64,000 bases of DNA from Candidatus Omnitrophota bacterium (GTDB lineage: Bacteria; Omnitrophota; Omnitrophia; Omnitrophales; Aquincolibacteriaceae): contig JAKJDL010000002.1 of assembly GCA_022705945.1 (NCBI GenBank), positions 127,150 to 191,149 of the forward strand. Direction: 5' to 3'. Numbering within the stretch: position 1 is the stretch's first letter; every line of letters begins with the position of its first letter. Of the stretch, positions 51,767-62,417 are shown in pieces. Both the position numbers and the translations under genes were made by a program. Under the pieces are notes generated by a model that ran no database searches, was not told the origin of the DNA, and saw only the letters and a list, made by a program, of their open reading frames with translations.

Positions 51767-52395
51767 TGAAAAAAAACAAAGCGGTGACCAAGGTTCCCGA
51801 AAATCCCGGAAAGGGCATCCCAGCCATTTTAGACATCGGGAAGACGGTCAGGACACTTCGAGCCGAGCGCGGGATGAGCGGCGTGGAGCTTTGCCGGCGC
51901 TCCGGAGGGCTTGATCCGAAAACTCTTACAGCGGTTGAAAAAGGAAGAATCCGCAATCCATCGATCGCGACGCTTGAGCTTCTCTCGCGCGGCCTTGGGA
52001 CCAGTGTGAGCGGGATCTTCAAGCGGGCCGAAATGCTGGATAACCGCTATTTTCTTGTCGGGTCGCAAAAAGGCTCTTACAAAGTCGAGTTTGTATCGAA
52101 AGGGGTTCAGCTGATCTCATTCACGCCGCTTTCCAGGGAATTTTTTTGCGGAAAGATCATCCTTGAGAGCGACCGCGAGTTTGGCCGGGCTTTGCTCGGA
52201 CATCAGGGCGTCTTCTTCCTTCTGGTCCTTATCGGGCAGGTGGAAGGGGAAATGGAAGGAAAAAAAATTGTTTTGAAAGAAGGTGAGAATCTGTATTGCC
52301 GCGGCGGAATGAATTTTAATTTGCGGAATCTGCACCCCCGGACAGCATCGCTCCTGCTGGTCAGCGTTCCTGCTTGTGTGGCCTCAGGATTCTGA
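51763..52395 (+). CDS. XRE-family HTH transcriptional regulator with C-terminal cupin domain
   Basis: HTH_XRE (VRTLRAERGMSGVELCRRSG...IATLELLSRGLGTSVSGIF) plus a cupin-like beta-barrel C-terminal half. Confidence 0.7.
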   Translation: MMKKNKAVTKVPENPGKGIPAILDIGKTVRTLRAERGMSGVELCRRSGGLDPKTLTAVEKGRIRNPSIATLELLSRGLGTSVSGIFKRAEMLDNRYFLVGSQKGSYKVEFVSKGVQLISFTPLSREFFCGKIILESDREFGRALLGHQGVFFLLVLIGQVEGEMEGKKIVLKEGENLYCRGGMNFNLRNLHPRTASLLLVSVPACVASGF

Positions 52396-52521
52396 AAGAT
52401 TTACCCCGGGAGCCGGGTGATTCTCCTATATTCCAGTCAAGTCATTTTACCGGGAGGCCGATAGAATAACATCCGTGCAAAGTGTTTTTTAAAATGGTAA
52501 AATGCGTCCCGGTCTGAACTT

Positions 52522-54369
52522 ATGAAAAAATATCTCTGTCTTCTTATCACAATTTCTCTGGTCTGGAGTTTGCCGGTTTTTGCCCAGGATAGTTCATCTT
52601 CGATCCAGCCGGGTCTATCCGGTGCGGTCATGAACGAAGCTCCCTTGGTGCCGGGGATTGTTCAATTGCCGGTCGAAGAACCTAAAGCCAAAAAGAAAAA
52701 AAAGGATCGCCGGGCATCCGAATCCGGGGGAGAGAAGGCCGAGATCAAGGATATCGAGAAATCCGTTGAACAGGCCATGAACAGTGCGCTTGAAGTGCAG
52801 GTTCAGGCTATGCGCGAAGAACGGCAACGGGAAATGCCTTATCTCGATAAAATCTATATCCGCACATCGATTACGCCTTTCAAAGTCCAGCAGAAGGAAG
52901 AATTCCTGCAGACCGGGGCCAAGGACCTCCGCGGACTGATCAGCCGCGCAAAATCAGTGCATTCCCAGGCAAGGGCAAGTTATGAAGGAATCAGCCTTTA
53001 TAACCGTCGTGTTCTCTACGCCCTCAGGAAACTTTTCCCCGAAGCCTCTATCACGATCAATAACCGCCAGGGGGTTTTGAGCGGCGACGCTTTTTCGGGA
53101 AAGGATTGGCGCCTTTCCATGCGCCAGCCTCTTTTTAACGGCGGGACACTCTGGAATGCGTTTTTGCAGGAGCGGGCCAGTCTCGAAGCGGCAAAAAAGC
53201 AATATGCCAAGATTATCTCCGACCTTGTATTTGATCTCTCCCGGGCTTATTTTGAATATCAGCGGACCCTTCAAACGATAGACGAGCATCAGGCAGTGGT
53301 TGAACAGATGAGAAAGTATGCCGATATGTCGGAAGAAAAATTCAAGGAGAGCCTGATCTCCGAGATTGAGCGGCTGAATGTGCAGTCCCTTTATTCCCAG
53401 ATCCAGTTTGATCTTGAAACAGCCCGCCAGGAGTTCGAGATTGCGAAGCTGGATCTGCAAAAGTACCTGGATCTTTCCAATGAGGACACGATCACGATAG
53501 GCAAAACATACGATCTGACCTATCTTCTCGAAAAAGCGCCCGACGCGGATATGCCCGAACCGGGCATGGCGGCTGACTGGGAACCGATAGCGAGATTTCT
53601 GGGCGATCAAATGATGCCGGAACTTCCCAAGATTATCGATCTTTCTTATGCGAACCGTCCGGAGCTTCAGGTAGAGGCCGCCAAACTTCAGGCGACTCGT
53701 CTCGGGGAAAGGATCCGCTGGGGGGAGTTTCTTCCGAAGGCTTTCCTTACCTGGGAGGCCGGAGCGCTCGGAGAAGCCTATCGCGGGATCGGAGAGGCTT
53801 ATGGGGCAGGCTATAAGGATGATCCGGATCTTAAGCGGGAATGGCGATTGATGCTGGAGCTGAACTGGAATGTCGGCGGCAACAAGGTCAGCTATACTTA
53901 CGACCGGGACAGGAAGGCGCCGTCCATTTCCCAATATCTTGCCGGTGCCGGCACGCAGATAAGAAAAAACAATGTCACTATCGGGATTCTGGATGGTCTC
54001 GATGTTTACGTGAATGTCAAGCAAGCGGAAGTCGACAAACTGAATCAGGTGGTGGAACTTGAAAAAGCCGAGAAACAGGTGCTTCAGGATGTAAAACAGG
54101 CTTTTTATGATTATCAAAAATCGCTCATTCAGGTCCGCTCGAACACGAAGCGGGCCAAATGGCGCGAACGTCTCCGGGATCTTGCCCTCCATCGTTTGGA
54201 ACGGAAAGAGGTTGAGATCTCGGAATACATGCAGTCGGTTTCGGATCTTGTGCGGGAACGCGGCGATCTGCACAAGGCCCTGAAAGATTACTATTCCGCA
54301 AAAGCAGCCTTGAATCATGCCGTGGGGATTCAGGATTATTTATCACTCGAAGGGAATCATGGAGCCTGA
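52522..54369 (+). CDS. TolC-family outer membrane efflux protein
   Basis: Signal peptide and two outer-membrane-efflux-protein repeats with long coiled-coil segments. 615 aa, with an extended Lys/Glu-rich N-terminal linker. Confidence 0.6.
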   Translation: MKKYLCLLITISLVWSLPVFAQDSSSSIQPGLSGAVMNEAPLVPGIVQLPVEEPKAKKKKKDRRASESGGEKAEIKDIEKSVEQAMNSALEVQVQAMREERQREMPYLDKIYIRTSITPFKVQQKEEFLQTGAKDLRGLISRAKSVHSQARASYEGISLYNRRVLYALRKLFPEASITINNRQGVLSGDAFSGKDWRLSMRQPLFNGGTLWNAFLQERASLEAAKKQYAKIISDLVFDLSRAYFEYQRTLQTIDEHQAVVEQMRKYADMSEEKFKESLISEIERLNVQSLYSQIQFDLETARQEFEIAKLDLQKYLDLSNEDTITIGKTYDLTYLLEKAPDADMPEPGMAADWEPIARFLGDQMMPELPKIIDLSYANRPELQVEAAKLQATRLGERIRWGEFLPKAFLTWEAGALGEAYRGIGEAYGAGYKDDPDLKREWRLMLELNWNVGGNKVSYTYDRDRKAPSISQYLAGAGTQIRKNNVTIGILDGLDVYVNVKQAEVDKLNQVVELEKAEKQVLQDVKQAFYDYQKSLIQVRSNTKRAKWRERLRDLALHRLERKEVEISEYMQSVSDLVRERGDLHKALKDYYSAKAALNHAVGIQDYLSLEGNHGA

Positions 54370-55937
54370 CAAGACACCGTTGCCGGGGCCGGATCAAAAC
54401 CCGGGAAATCAGGAAAAGTTTAAATCGGATCCCAGCCGCTTGAAAGATATGGCCAGGCGCTTCAGCTATTCGCGGAGCCATGAAAAAAATGAAAAAGCCG
54501 GGCCGGAAAAACCGAAAGTAGCCGCGCCCGAGCCGCCCCAAACCGTTCCCCCGCCCAAACCTTCGCCTACGATCCAGCCGCCGAGAATGACCGCCCAGAA
54601 GCCGGAGGCTCCCCCGGGTCCGAAGCCCATAGGGGGATTCAGTGAATCCTGGTTGTACAGGAACAGGTTGAAGGTCGTCATTATTGTCGGGGTGGCGCTT
54701 GTCCTCTTCTTCGGCGGGCGCGCGATTCTCGGCCTTTTGAACAAAGATTCAAAAATGTCCCTCAAAGAGACCATGCGTCAGCAGCAAGAGGCCGCGAAGG
54801 ACGCGCCGGTTGCGGTCAAAGGTTTCAAGGTCGGACGTTTTAATTATGAGGACTCTTTGAATGTTCTCGGGACCATTAAGGGAGCCATGGAAGTTAAACT
54901 TAGTTTTGAAGTACCGGGGGTCATAAGCTCGATCAACTACCGGGAAGGCGAGCGGTATGAAGAAGGCGCTCTTTTGGTCTCTTTGAAACAGGATGATATT
55001 CTGCTTCGGCTGAAACGCGCGCAGGCCGCTTTCAACAAAGCCGAATCCCAGGCCAAGGTAACCGAAAATGAGGTTGCGGAGAATGAAAAACTTTTCCGGA
55101 TGGGAGCGATTCCCGCGTCGACGCTGGAGAAGAAAAAACTTGAACTGGATGCCGCCCGGTATGAAGCTGAAACCCAGCGGCTTGAAATGAAGGCCAATGA
55201 GGCGATGCTCGAAAAATCAAATCTTTACGCGCCATCGTCGGGAATGCTCGGTGGGGGTTCAGGAGGGCGAAAACATTTCCCAAAGCACCTTGATCGGGAC
55301 ACATATCAATATCGAATATGTTTACGCCGAATTCGGTATTGTGGAACGGGATGTTCAAAAAATATCGGTAGGTCAAAAAGCAAAAATATTTGTGGATGCT
55401 TATCCCGACAAAACTTTTGAAGGGGTCATCGAGAACGTCGCGCCCCAGATCGCGGGGACGAGCCGGACTTCCACGGCCCGTGTCCGCATCGAGAATCCCG
55501 AAAGGTTTTTGCTCCCCGGGATGTTTGCGCGGGTCCGGATACTTCTTTATAGTAAAAAAGACGCCTTGGTGGTTCCGACTGACGCGGTTCAGGGCGGCGA
55601 AGGCGAGAAATGGGTTTATGTGGTCAAAAGGGGCGAAACGGGAGATTCCGCCAAGCCCGAAGAAATTCTTCCTCAGCAAGGAGGATTGACGGGGCTGGCT
55701 GCCATGGCCCTTAAAAAACAGCAAAAACCCGCATCGAGCAATGAATCGGTTCCCGCGGCCAGAAGGGATGACGGGATTGCCGAAAAGAGACCCATTACCG
55801 TGGGTTACACTCGGACCGATTATACCCAGATTGACGCTGGGGTTACCGAAGGAGAGATCGTTGTCCTTACCGGGTTTGAACGACTGGAGGATGGCAAGAA
55901 GATCCGTCTTGTCGAGACCCAAGAAGCCGAACTCTGA
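54359..55937 (+). CDS. Efflux RND periplasmic adaptor (membrane fusion protein), interrupted by a +1 frameshift at about 55253-55257
   Basis: The HlyD-like lipoyl/beta-barrel region (...SNLYAPSSGMLGG | VQEGENISQSTLIGT...) is split between ORFs 54317-55420 and 55197-55937. Removing one G from the GGGGG run restores the frame. There is a Pro-rich approximately 110-aa N-terminal extension before the TM anchor. Confidence 0.65.
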
Positions 55938-55939
55938 CA

Positions 55940-58900
55940 ATGAGTTTGCCCGAATTCTCGATCAAGAAAAAAGTCACGGTTTACATGTTCACAGCCGGGC
56001 TCATTCTGCTCGGCATTCTTGCTTTTAAGAAACTTCCGCAGGAACTTTTCCCTCCGATTACGTTTCCGCAGATCACGATTGTTACCGATTATTCCAACGC
56101 CGCTCCCGAAGAGATTGAGACCCTCATTACCCGTGTGATCGAGGAAGCGATCGGCTCGGTTGCGGGCCTAAAACGCATCGAATCGGTTTCGCGCGAAGGC
56201 CGCAGCACGATTATCGCATCCTTCAATTGGGGCCAGGATATTGATTTTGCGGCACTTGCCGTTCGCGAAAAAGTTGACCTGATCAAGGAGCGTCTTCCGA
56301 AAGAGGCCGAAGATCCGGTCGTCTTGAAATTCGATCCGCTTTCCCGTCCCATTCTCATGCTCTCCGTAACCGGTGCCGAGATGCCGCCCGTGCGCCTCAA
56401 GATGCTTGCGGAAAAAATGCTCAAGGACAGGCTTGAAAAAGTAGAAGGCGTTGCGTCCGTCGCCATTTCCGGCGGTGTGAACCGCGAGATCCTTGTGGAC
56501 ATCGACATGCCCCGCCTCCAGGCGAACCACCGCTCCCTCCTCGAGGTTGTGGATTCTCTCGACGAGGCGAATATCTCCTATCCGGCCGGGAGCATCAAGA
56601 AAGGCCTTTATGAATACCTGATCCGGACCGTCGGGGATTTCCGTTCGGTGACGGAGATCAGTTATGCTGTGGTCGGCGTGGACGACGTCGAAAAACTTCG
56701 CCGCGAGGAAACGAGTTTCATCGAGCGCGATTATACCGAAGGCCCGCGCCGGACGGTGGATCGCCAGCGGGAAGAGGTCGAAAAGAAGATGCTCGAAAAA
56801 CGCCTTGTGCTGGTCAAGGACATCGGAGAAGTGACGGACGGCCTAGCCGAAAAGACAAGTGTTTCGCGTTTTAACGGAGCCGACAATATCACCCTCTCTG
56901 TCCAGAAACAGTCGAACGCGAATACCATCCAGACCGTCGACCGCCTTCGTCGCGAAATCCAGTTTCTTGAGGAAGATCTGGTCAGCCGCGGCGTCAAGGT
57001 GGATATCATCTACGACCATTCGGTTTTCATCCGGAACACGATCCAGAACCTTTCGCACGAGGCCATCCAGGGAGGGGTCCTCGCGCTGATCACGCTCTGG
57101 ATCTACCTTAAGACTTTCGCGATGTCTGTCCTGGTGATCGTGTCGCTCCCGCTCACGATTCTCGGGGTCTTCTTTCTGATGGCGATGTCTCATGTGACTG
57201 TGAACATCATGTCGCTTGGAGGTCTTGCCATCGCGATCGGCATGATTACGGACACCAGTATCGTTGTGCTCGAGAACATTTTCCGCAAGCGCCAGGCCGG
57301 CATGGGAAAAGAAGAAGGGGCGATCGATGGCGCGACCGAAGTGGTTTGGCCCGTGGTCTCCTCAAACCTGACCACGGTCGCGGTTTTTTTCCCTCTAATC
57401 GTGTTCGTCCCCGGCGTCGCGGGGCAGATCTTCAAGGATCTCGCCTGGAGCATCATCTTCTCGCAGGCCATCTCGACGATCGTCCCGATCACCCTGGTTG
57501 CTCTGCTCTCCATCTACGTGACCATTCAGCAGAAGGAATACGAACCCATCCATCTTGTGGCACCAATCGAAAACGCGGTGCGGAGCCGGTCCGATCCGGC
57601 GATCCAAAACCGCTTCATGATCGGCATACTCGCGGTAGTTTTCGTGGTCCTGGCCTCGACCTTTCTGATCATTCCGACGATGGACCGAGAAGTGCTTCCC
57701 AGGACAGACCAGGGGCAGTTCTATGTAAAAGTCACGATGCCGCTCGGCACGCGGCTTGGTGTGACGGACGGGATCTGCCAGCGGGTGGAAGAGGTCCTGC
57801 GCAGCGAAAAGGACGTGAAGGACATCTCTGTCGCGATCGGCAGCGAGAAATCAAGCCGCGGCGAAATCAAGATCGAAACTCTTCGTCCTTCCCAGGGGCA
57901 GATCCTCGTGACGCTCGAAAAACACCGCAAGCGGTCTTCCTCGGAGGTTGTATCCGCGCTCCGCGAGAAAATTGATTTCCTCAGGCTCGACCGGGAGAAC
58001 GCTAAGGTCGAGTTTGTGCTCCAAGAAAGCGAGTTTGCGGTCGGCACGCAGGCCGTCAAGCCGATCCTTTTGGAGGTGAAGGGATATGATTTCAAGGTGA
58101 TGGAGGAATTCGTGAACCGCCTGAAATCCCGGCTTGGCGGGATTCCGGGCATCATCAACATCGAGGACGATATCGGTGAGAAGTCGCCTGAAACCAAACT
58201 GGATATCAACAAAAGACGCGCCGCCCTTTTCGGGATCTCGGCGCTGGATATTTCGCTCACGGCGAAGGCTGCGATCGAAGGTGTGGTGGCGACGCAATAC
58301 CGCGAGGGCGGAAGGGAATTCGATGTCCGCGTCCGGTTGAGCGAGAAGGACCGTTCTGATATCGAGGGTCTCGGGGACCTGCTTCTTTATTCAAAAATCC
58401 TCGATGTCCACGTGCCGATGAAAGAACTGGTCGTGATTGAGCGCGGGCAGGGTCCCAGCGAGATCAAGCGTTCCGACCAGGAGCGGACGGTGACCATTTC
58501 GGCCGACATCGAAAAATCCCGCCAGGATAAGGACGTCCTCGCGGATCTTCAGCGGTTCCTGTCCGGCCTCCGGGTCCCGGATGATATCCCCGAGGATTTT
58601 CAGGTCAAGCTTTCCGGCAAGGCCAAGGAGATCAAAGAGAATTTTGGGGGTGTCGTGTTCGCTTTTGTCCTGGCGGTCATGCTTGTGTATATGATCATGG
58701 CGGCCCAGTTTGAATCTTTTCTCCAGCCCTTGATCATCATGATCACCGTGCCGCTTTCCTTCGGCGGCGCTATCGTCGCGCTGAAGGTGACGGGAAACAC
58801 GCTGAACGTGATCTCTCTGCTCGGGTTCGTGCTTCTCGGGGGTGTCGTGGTCGCCAACGGTATTGTGCTCATGGAATATATCAACCAGCTTCGTGCCGAG

Positions 58901-59185
58901 GGGCACGAAATGACCGAGGCGGTCTGGGAAGCCGTCCGGATCCGTACGCGTCCCATCCTGATGTCCGCCACCACGACCATCCTCGCGATGCTGCCCGTGG
59001 CCCTGGCCCTTTCGGGAGAGGGGGCCGACCTTCTGTCTCCGCTGGCTGTGACCGCGATGGGCGGGCTTTTCTCATCCACAATTCTTACCCTTGTCGTCCT
59101 CCCGTGCCTCTACATTCTTACGAGCCGGTTTTGCGAAAGATTTCTGGGCATTGAGGAAGAGGCCGCCCACCCGCAGGGCGACTGA
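55940..59185 (+). CDS. Efflux RND transporter permease subunit (AcrB/MdtB-like)
   Basis: 1081 aa. Twelve-TM HAE1 architecture with two large periplasmic loops. N-terminus VTVYMFTAGLILLGILAFKKLPQELFP. Confidence 0.9.
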   Translation: MSLPEFSIKKKVTVYMFTAGLILLGILAFKKLPQELFPPITFPQITIVTDYSNAAPEEIETLITRVIEEAIGSVAGLKRIESVSREGRSTIIASFNWGQDIDFAALAVREKVDLIKERLPKEAEDPVVLKFDPLSRPILMLSVTGAEMPPVRLKMLAEKMLKDRLEKVEGVASVAISGGVNREILVDIDMPRLQANHRSLLEVVDSLDEANISYPAGSIKKGLYEYLIRTVGDFRSVTEISYAVVGVDDVEKLRREETSFIERDYTEGPRRTVDRQREEVEKKMLEKRLVLVKDIGEVTDGLAEKTSVSRFNGADNITLSVQKQSNANTIQTVDRLRREIQFLEEDLVSRGVKVDIIYDHSVFIRNTIQNLSHEAIQGGVLALITLWIYLKTFAMSVLVIVSLPLTILGVFFLMAMSHVTVNIMSLGGLAIAIGMITDTSIVVLENIFRKRQAGMGKEEGAIDGATEVVWPVVSSNLTTVAVFFPLIVFVPGVAGQIFKDLAWSIIFSQAISTIVPITLVALLSIYVTIQQKEYEPIHLVAPIENAVRSRSDPAIQNRFMIGILAVVFVVLASTFLIIPTMDREVLPRTDQGQFYVKVTMPLGTRLGVTDGICQRVEEVLRSEKDVKDISVAIGSEKSSRGEIKIETLRPSQGQILVTLEKHRKRSSSEVVSALREKIDFLRLDRENAKVEFVLQESEFAVGTQAVKPILLEVKGYDFKVMEEFVNRLKSRLGGIPGIINIEDDIGEKSPETKLDINKRRAALFGISALDISLTAKAAIEGVVATQYREGGREFDVRVRLSEKDRSDIEGLGDLLLYSKILDVHVPMKELVVIERGQGPSEIKRSDQERTVTISADIEKSRQDKDVLADLQRFLSGLRVPDDIPEDFQVKLSGKAKEIKENFGGVVFAFVLAVMLVYMIMAAQFESFLQPLIIMITVPLSFGGAIVALKVTGNTLNVISLLGFVLLGGVVVANGIVLMEYINQLRAEGHEMTEAVWEAVRIRTRPILMSATTTILAMLPVALALSGEGADLLSPLAVTAMGGLFSSTILTLVVLPCLYILTSRFCERFLGIEEEAAHPQGD

Positions 59186-59188
59186 GCC

Positions 59189-62100
59189 ATGGGGCTTCCC
59201 GGGGTTGCCTTAAAACGGCCGGTTTTCACGGCCATCATCTTTGCCGCCATTCTCGTGATCGGCTTAATCTCTCTTATGCGTCTCAAGGTCGAGCTTTACC
59301 AGGGACAAAGCCAGGGGATCGTGAGTATCGTGGTCCGCGCCCGTGGCGGCCTTCCGTCCCAGGACGTTGAAAAGATGATCACGAAGCCGATCGAGGAAGC
59401 CGTCGGGACCGTGAGCAAGATGAAGAACCTCTATTCGAGCTCCCGCGAAGCCGAGTCCCGCGTGACAATGGAATTTGAACCCGGCACGAACATGAACTTT
59501 GCGGCTCTGGAGATCCGGGAAAAATTTGCCCGCGTGCGGCCCCTTCTTCCCAAGGAGATCGAAAAGCCGGTTATCGCGAACTATGATGACGCCCAGGCGG
59601 CCATCCTTGTTTTCGCGGTGACATCCGAATCTCTCACGCCCGAACAGATCCGCGAACTGGTTGATATCAAGCTGAAGCCTATTTTGAGCCGCGTGGACGG
59701 GGTCGCGAGCGTCGAGGTCTATGGCGGCCGCGAACGCAAGATCCTGGTGGAGCTCGACCGGGACAAGATGGTGGCTTATAACATCTCGATTGAGCGGGTT
59801 ATGGACGTGCTTGGGCAAAGCAACATCAACCTGCTCGCCGGGAACGTGGAAGCCGGAAAATATGAATTCGCGATCCGCAGCATGGGATCGTTCCTGACGG
59901 TGGACGAGATCGGGGATCTGGGCGTAAAGGCTACCCGCCAGGGCTCGATCATCTCTTTGAAGGAACTCGCGACGGTCAAAGATTCCTACCTCGAAGCCAC
60001 CGACCAGGCGCGTCTGAATCTCGAGCAGAACGTGACGGTTTATGTGAAAAAGGCGAGTCTCGCGAATACGCTGGATGTCGCCGATGATCTCGCCCGGGTA
60101 CTCGACGCTTTTGAAATAGAACAGAAAGATTCGATCAAGATCGTAATTGTCAACGACCGCGCGGACGCGATCAAGCGCGCCATTGACGATGTCAAAGGGG
60201 CTCTGCTGATCGGGCTGATCCTGACCATGGCCGTCATTTACTTTTTTCTCGGTAAATGGCGCCTTTCGGCCATCATCCTCACGGTCATTCCATGCTCCCT
60301 CATGACGACCTTTATCTGCATGGCGGCGGCCGGGATTAGTATCAACATCATGACGCTTTCGGGGCTCTCGCTCGCGGTCGGTATTCTTGTCGATACGGCC
60401 GTGGTCATCATGGAAAATATCTTTTCCAAAAAAGAGCAAGGCGCCTCCGACATGCACGCGATCCATCAAGGAAGCGAAGAGGTCTGGCTCCCGCTGCTTG
60501 CGTCCATGGCGACGACGCTCGTCGTGTTCGTGCCGATCATGTTTATCGATAAGACCATCCAGCTTACTTACGGCGGTTTTGCGTTCACGATCTCCGTGGC
60601 GCTGGTCGCATCGTTTTTTTCGGCCTTGATGCTGATCCCTATGCTGATCCGGCAGTTTGCCATCGCGGACCTTGTCACGCACGGGTCCGGAGGATGGCTC
60701 GTGAAGTTTTCCAATGCGTTCATCCAGTGGCTAAAAAACGGCTATCACCAGGGGGTCCGGAAGGTTTTTCGGCGGCGCTGGATGACGGTCGGGATCATGG
60801 TGTTCGCCTGCGCTCTGGCGATCTGGGGGCTGATGAAGACCCCGATCGACTGGCCGACTTCTTTTGAAGAGAACGAATTTGCGATCATTACGTTCCCGCT
60901 TGCGGGGGCAAGGCTTGAATCGAACGACGAGGCCATGGCCAAGATCGAAGAGCTTCTTTCCAAGATCCCCGACGTGACGCTATTCTCCACCACCGTCTCG
61001 AAGGATGACCTTCGCCTTTTTGTCCGCCTGAAACCGGCCCGCAAGCGGCAGTTCTCAAAAGAAGAGATCATGAAATTGATCGACGAGCAGGGGAATGCCG
61101 CGATCAAGGAGATCCATTCGGATTACAGCCTGATCGTGGATGAAGGTGCGGGGTCCTCGGAATCCAAAAAGCTGATCATCAATATTTACGGGCAGGACGG
61201 TGACGAGCTCGAAAAGCTCGCCAAGGAGTACGCAAACAGGATGTCGAAGGTCGAAGGTCTCACGAACCTGGTTATGACCGATCTCCGCAAGCGTCCGGAA
61301 TATTCGCTCGTGGTGGACAAGGGGAAGGCCGCCATGTATGGTCTTTCCGTGAAGTCGGTCGCGGACAGCATGCACGCGCTCGTGCGCGGGATGCGGCCGA
61401 CGAAATTCCACGAGCTTTCCAAAGGCGAAGAGATCGAGACGATCACGAGGCTTCAGGCCATCTACCGCCAGAAGCTCGAAGATCTCGGCCAGATCTATGT
61501 CGAGACGAGGGAGAATGTGCAGGTGCCGATCAGCGAGATCGCGAACTTTTATCCGTCGACCGGCCCCCAGACGATTGACCGCAAGGATAAACACCGCTAT
61601 GTTTTCGTCAAGGGGGACGTGAAACGGCCAATAGAGCTTGTTGCCGAGGATGTCAAAAAGGTGATAGCGGACGTCAAACTTCCGGACGATTACTACTGGC
61701 GGTTCTGCGGCGGGTTCGAAGAGCTGATGCAGAGCAAAGGCGAACTCGGCCTGGCCGTGGTGGTGACGGCTTTCCTTGTGTTTATGGTTATGGCCTGTCT
61801 TTTCCAGAGCTACCGCTTTCCGCTCCTGATCATGGCGAGCGTTCCGATGGCGGTAATCGGGATATGGCTTGCGCTCCGTTGGCCGTTGCTCATCTTGTGG
61901 CCCCTGACGCGTATCGGGGTGCCGGAGGCCTGGCTTGCTTGGTTTCCGCAGCCCCGGCCGCTTAGCACGCAGGTCTTTATCGGCATTATCCTGCTTGCGG
62001 GGTATGTCGTGAATGCCGCGATCCTTATGGTCGACCATTACCAGCACCTGGACCCGGCGATGCCGGAAGAGGAGCGCTGGACCCAGGCCGGGCTGAACCG

Positions 62101-62368
62101 TTTGCGGCCGATCGTTATGACCACGGCGTCCACCGTACTCGGGTTCCTTCCGATGGCGATGAGCTTCGGGCAAGCGAGCGACCTGTGGGCCCCGCTTGCG
62201 ATCACTGTGATCGGAGGACTCCTTAGCTCCACGCTGCTGACGCTTTATGTTTTGCCCGCTTTCGTACTTTGCACGGATGATATCGGCAACTGGTGCAAGG
62301 CGGCACTGAGGAAATTTTCGTCCAAGAGCCATCTTTTTGCGAAGAAGCACATTGAAGCCTCTATTTGA
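59189..62368 (+). CDS. Efflux RND transporter permease subunit, second paralog (MdtC-like)
   Basis: 1059 aa with the same architecture. Tandem with the previous gene, suggesting a heteromeric pump. Confidence 0.9.
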   Translation: MGLPGVALKRPVFTAIIFAAILVIGLISLMRLKVELYQGQSQGIVSIVVRARGGLPSQDVEKMITKPIEEAVGTVSKMKNLYSSSREAESRVTMEFEPGTNMNFAALEIREKFARVRPLLPKEIEKPVIANYDDAQAAILVFAVTSESLTPEQIRELVDIKLKPILSRVDGVASVEVYGGRERKILVELDRDKMVAYNISIERVMDVLGQSNINLLAGNVEAGKYEFAIRSMGSFLTVDEIGDLGVKATRQGSIISLKELATVKDSYLEATDQARLNLEQNVTVYVKKASLANTLDVADDLARVLDAFEIEQKDSIKIVIVNDRADAIKRAIDDVKGALLIGLILTMAVIYFFLGKWRLSAIILTVIPCSLMTTFICMAAAGISINIMTLSGLSLAVGILVDTAVVIMENIFSKKEQGASDMHAIHQGSEEVWLPLLASMATTLVVFVPIMFIDKTIQLTYGGFAFTISVALVASFFSALMLIPMLIRQFAIADLVTHGSGGWLVKFSNAFIQWLKNGYHQGVRKVFRRRWMTVGIMVFACALAIWGLMKTPIDWPTSFEENEFAIITFPLAGARLESNDEAMAKIEELLSKIPDVTLFSTTVSKDDLRLFVRLKPARKRQFSKEEIMKLIDEQGNAAIKEIHSDYSLIVDEGAGSSESKKLIINIYGQDGDELEKLAKEYANRMSKVEGLTNLVMTDLRKRPEYSLVVDKGKAAMYGLSVKSVADSMHALVRGMRPTKFHELSKGEEIETITRLQAIYRQKLEDLGQIYVETRENVQVPISEIANFYPSTGPQTIDRKDKHRYVFVKGDVKRPIELVAEDVKKVIADVKLPDDYYWRFCGGFEELMQSKGELGLAVVVTAFLVFMVMACLFQSYRFPLLIMASVPMAVIGIWLALRWPLLILWPLTRIGVPEAWLAWFPQPRPLSTQVFIGIILLAGYVVNAAILMVDHYQHLDPAMPEEERWTQAGLNRLRPIVMTTASTVLGFLPMAMSFGQASDLWAPLAITVIGGLLSSTLLTLYVLPAFVLCTDDIGNWCKAALRKFSSKSHLFAKKHIEASI

Positions 62369-62417
62369 GAAACTGGTTATCAACTTCGCCGGGTAAGGCG
62401 GTAAGGGAGGAAATAAC

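Noticed and set aside
52954-54318. 454-aa - strand ORF
   Set aside because: Antisense to the TolC-like gene; low-complexity composition.
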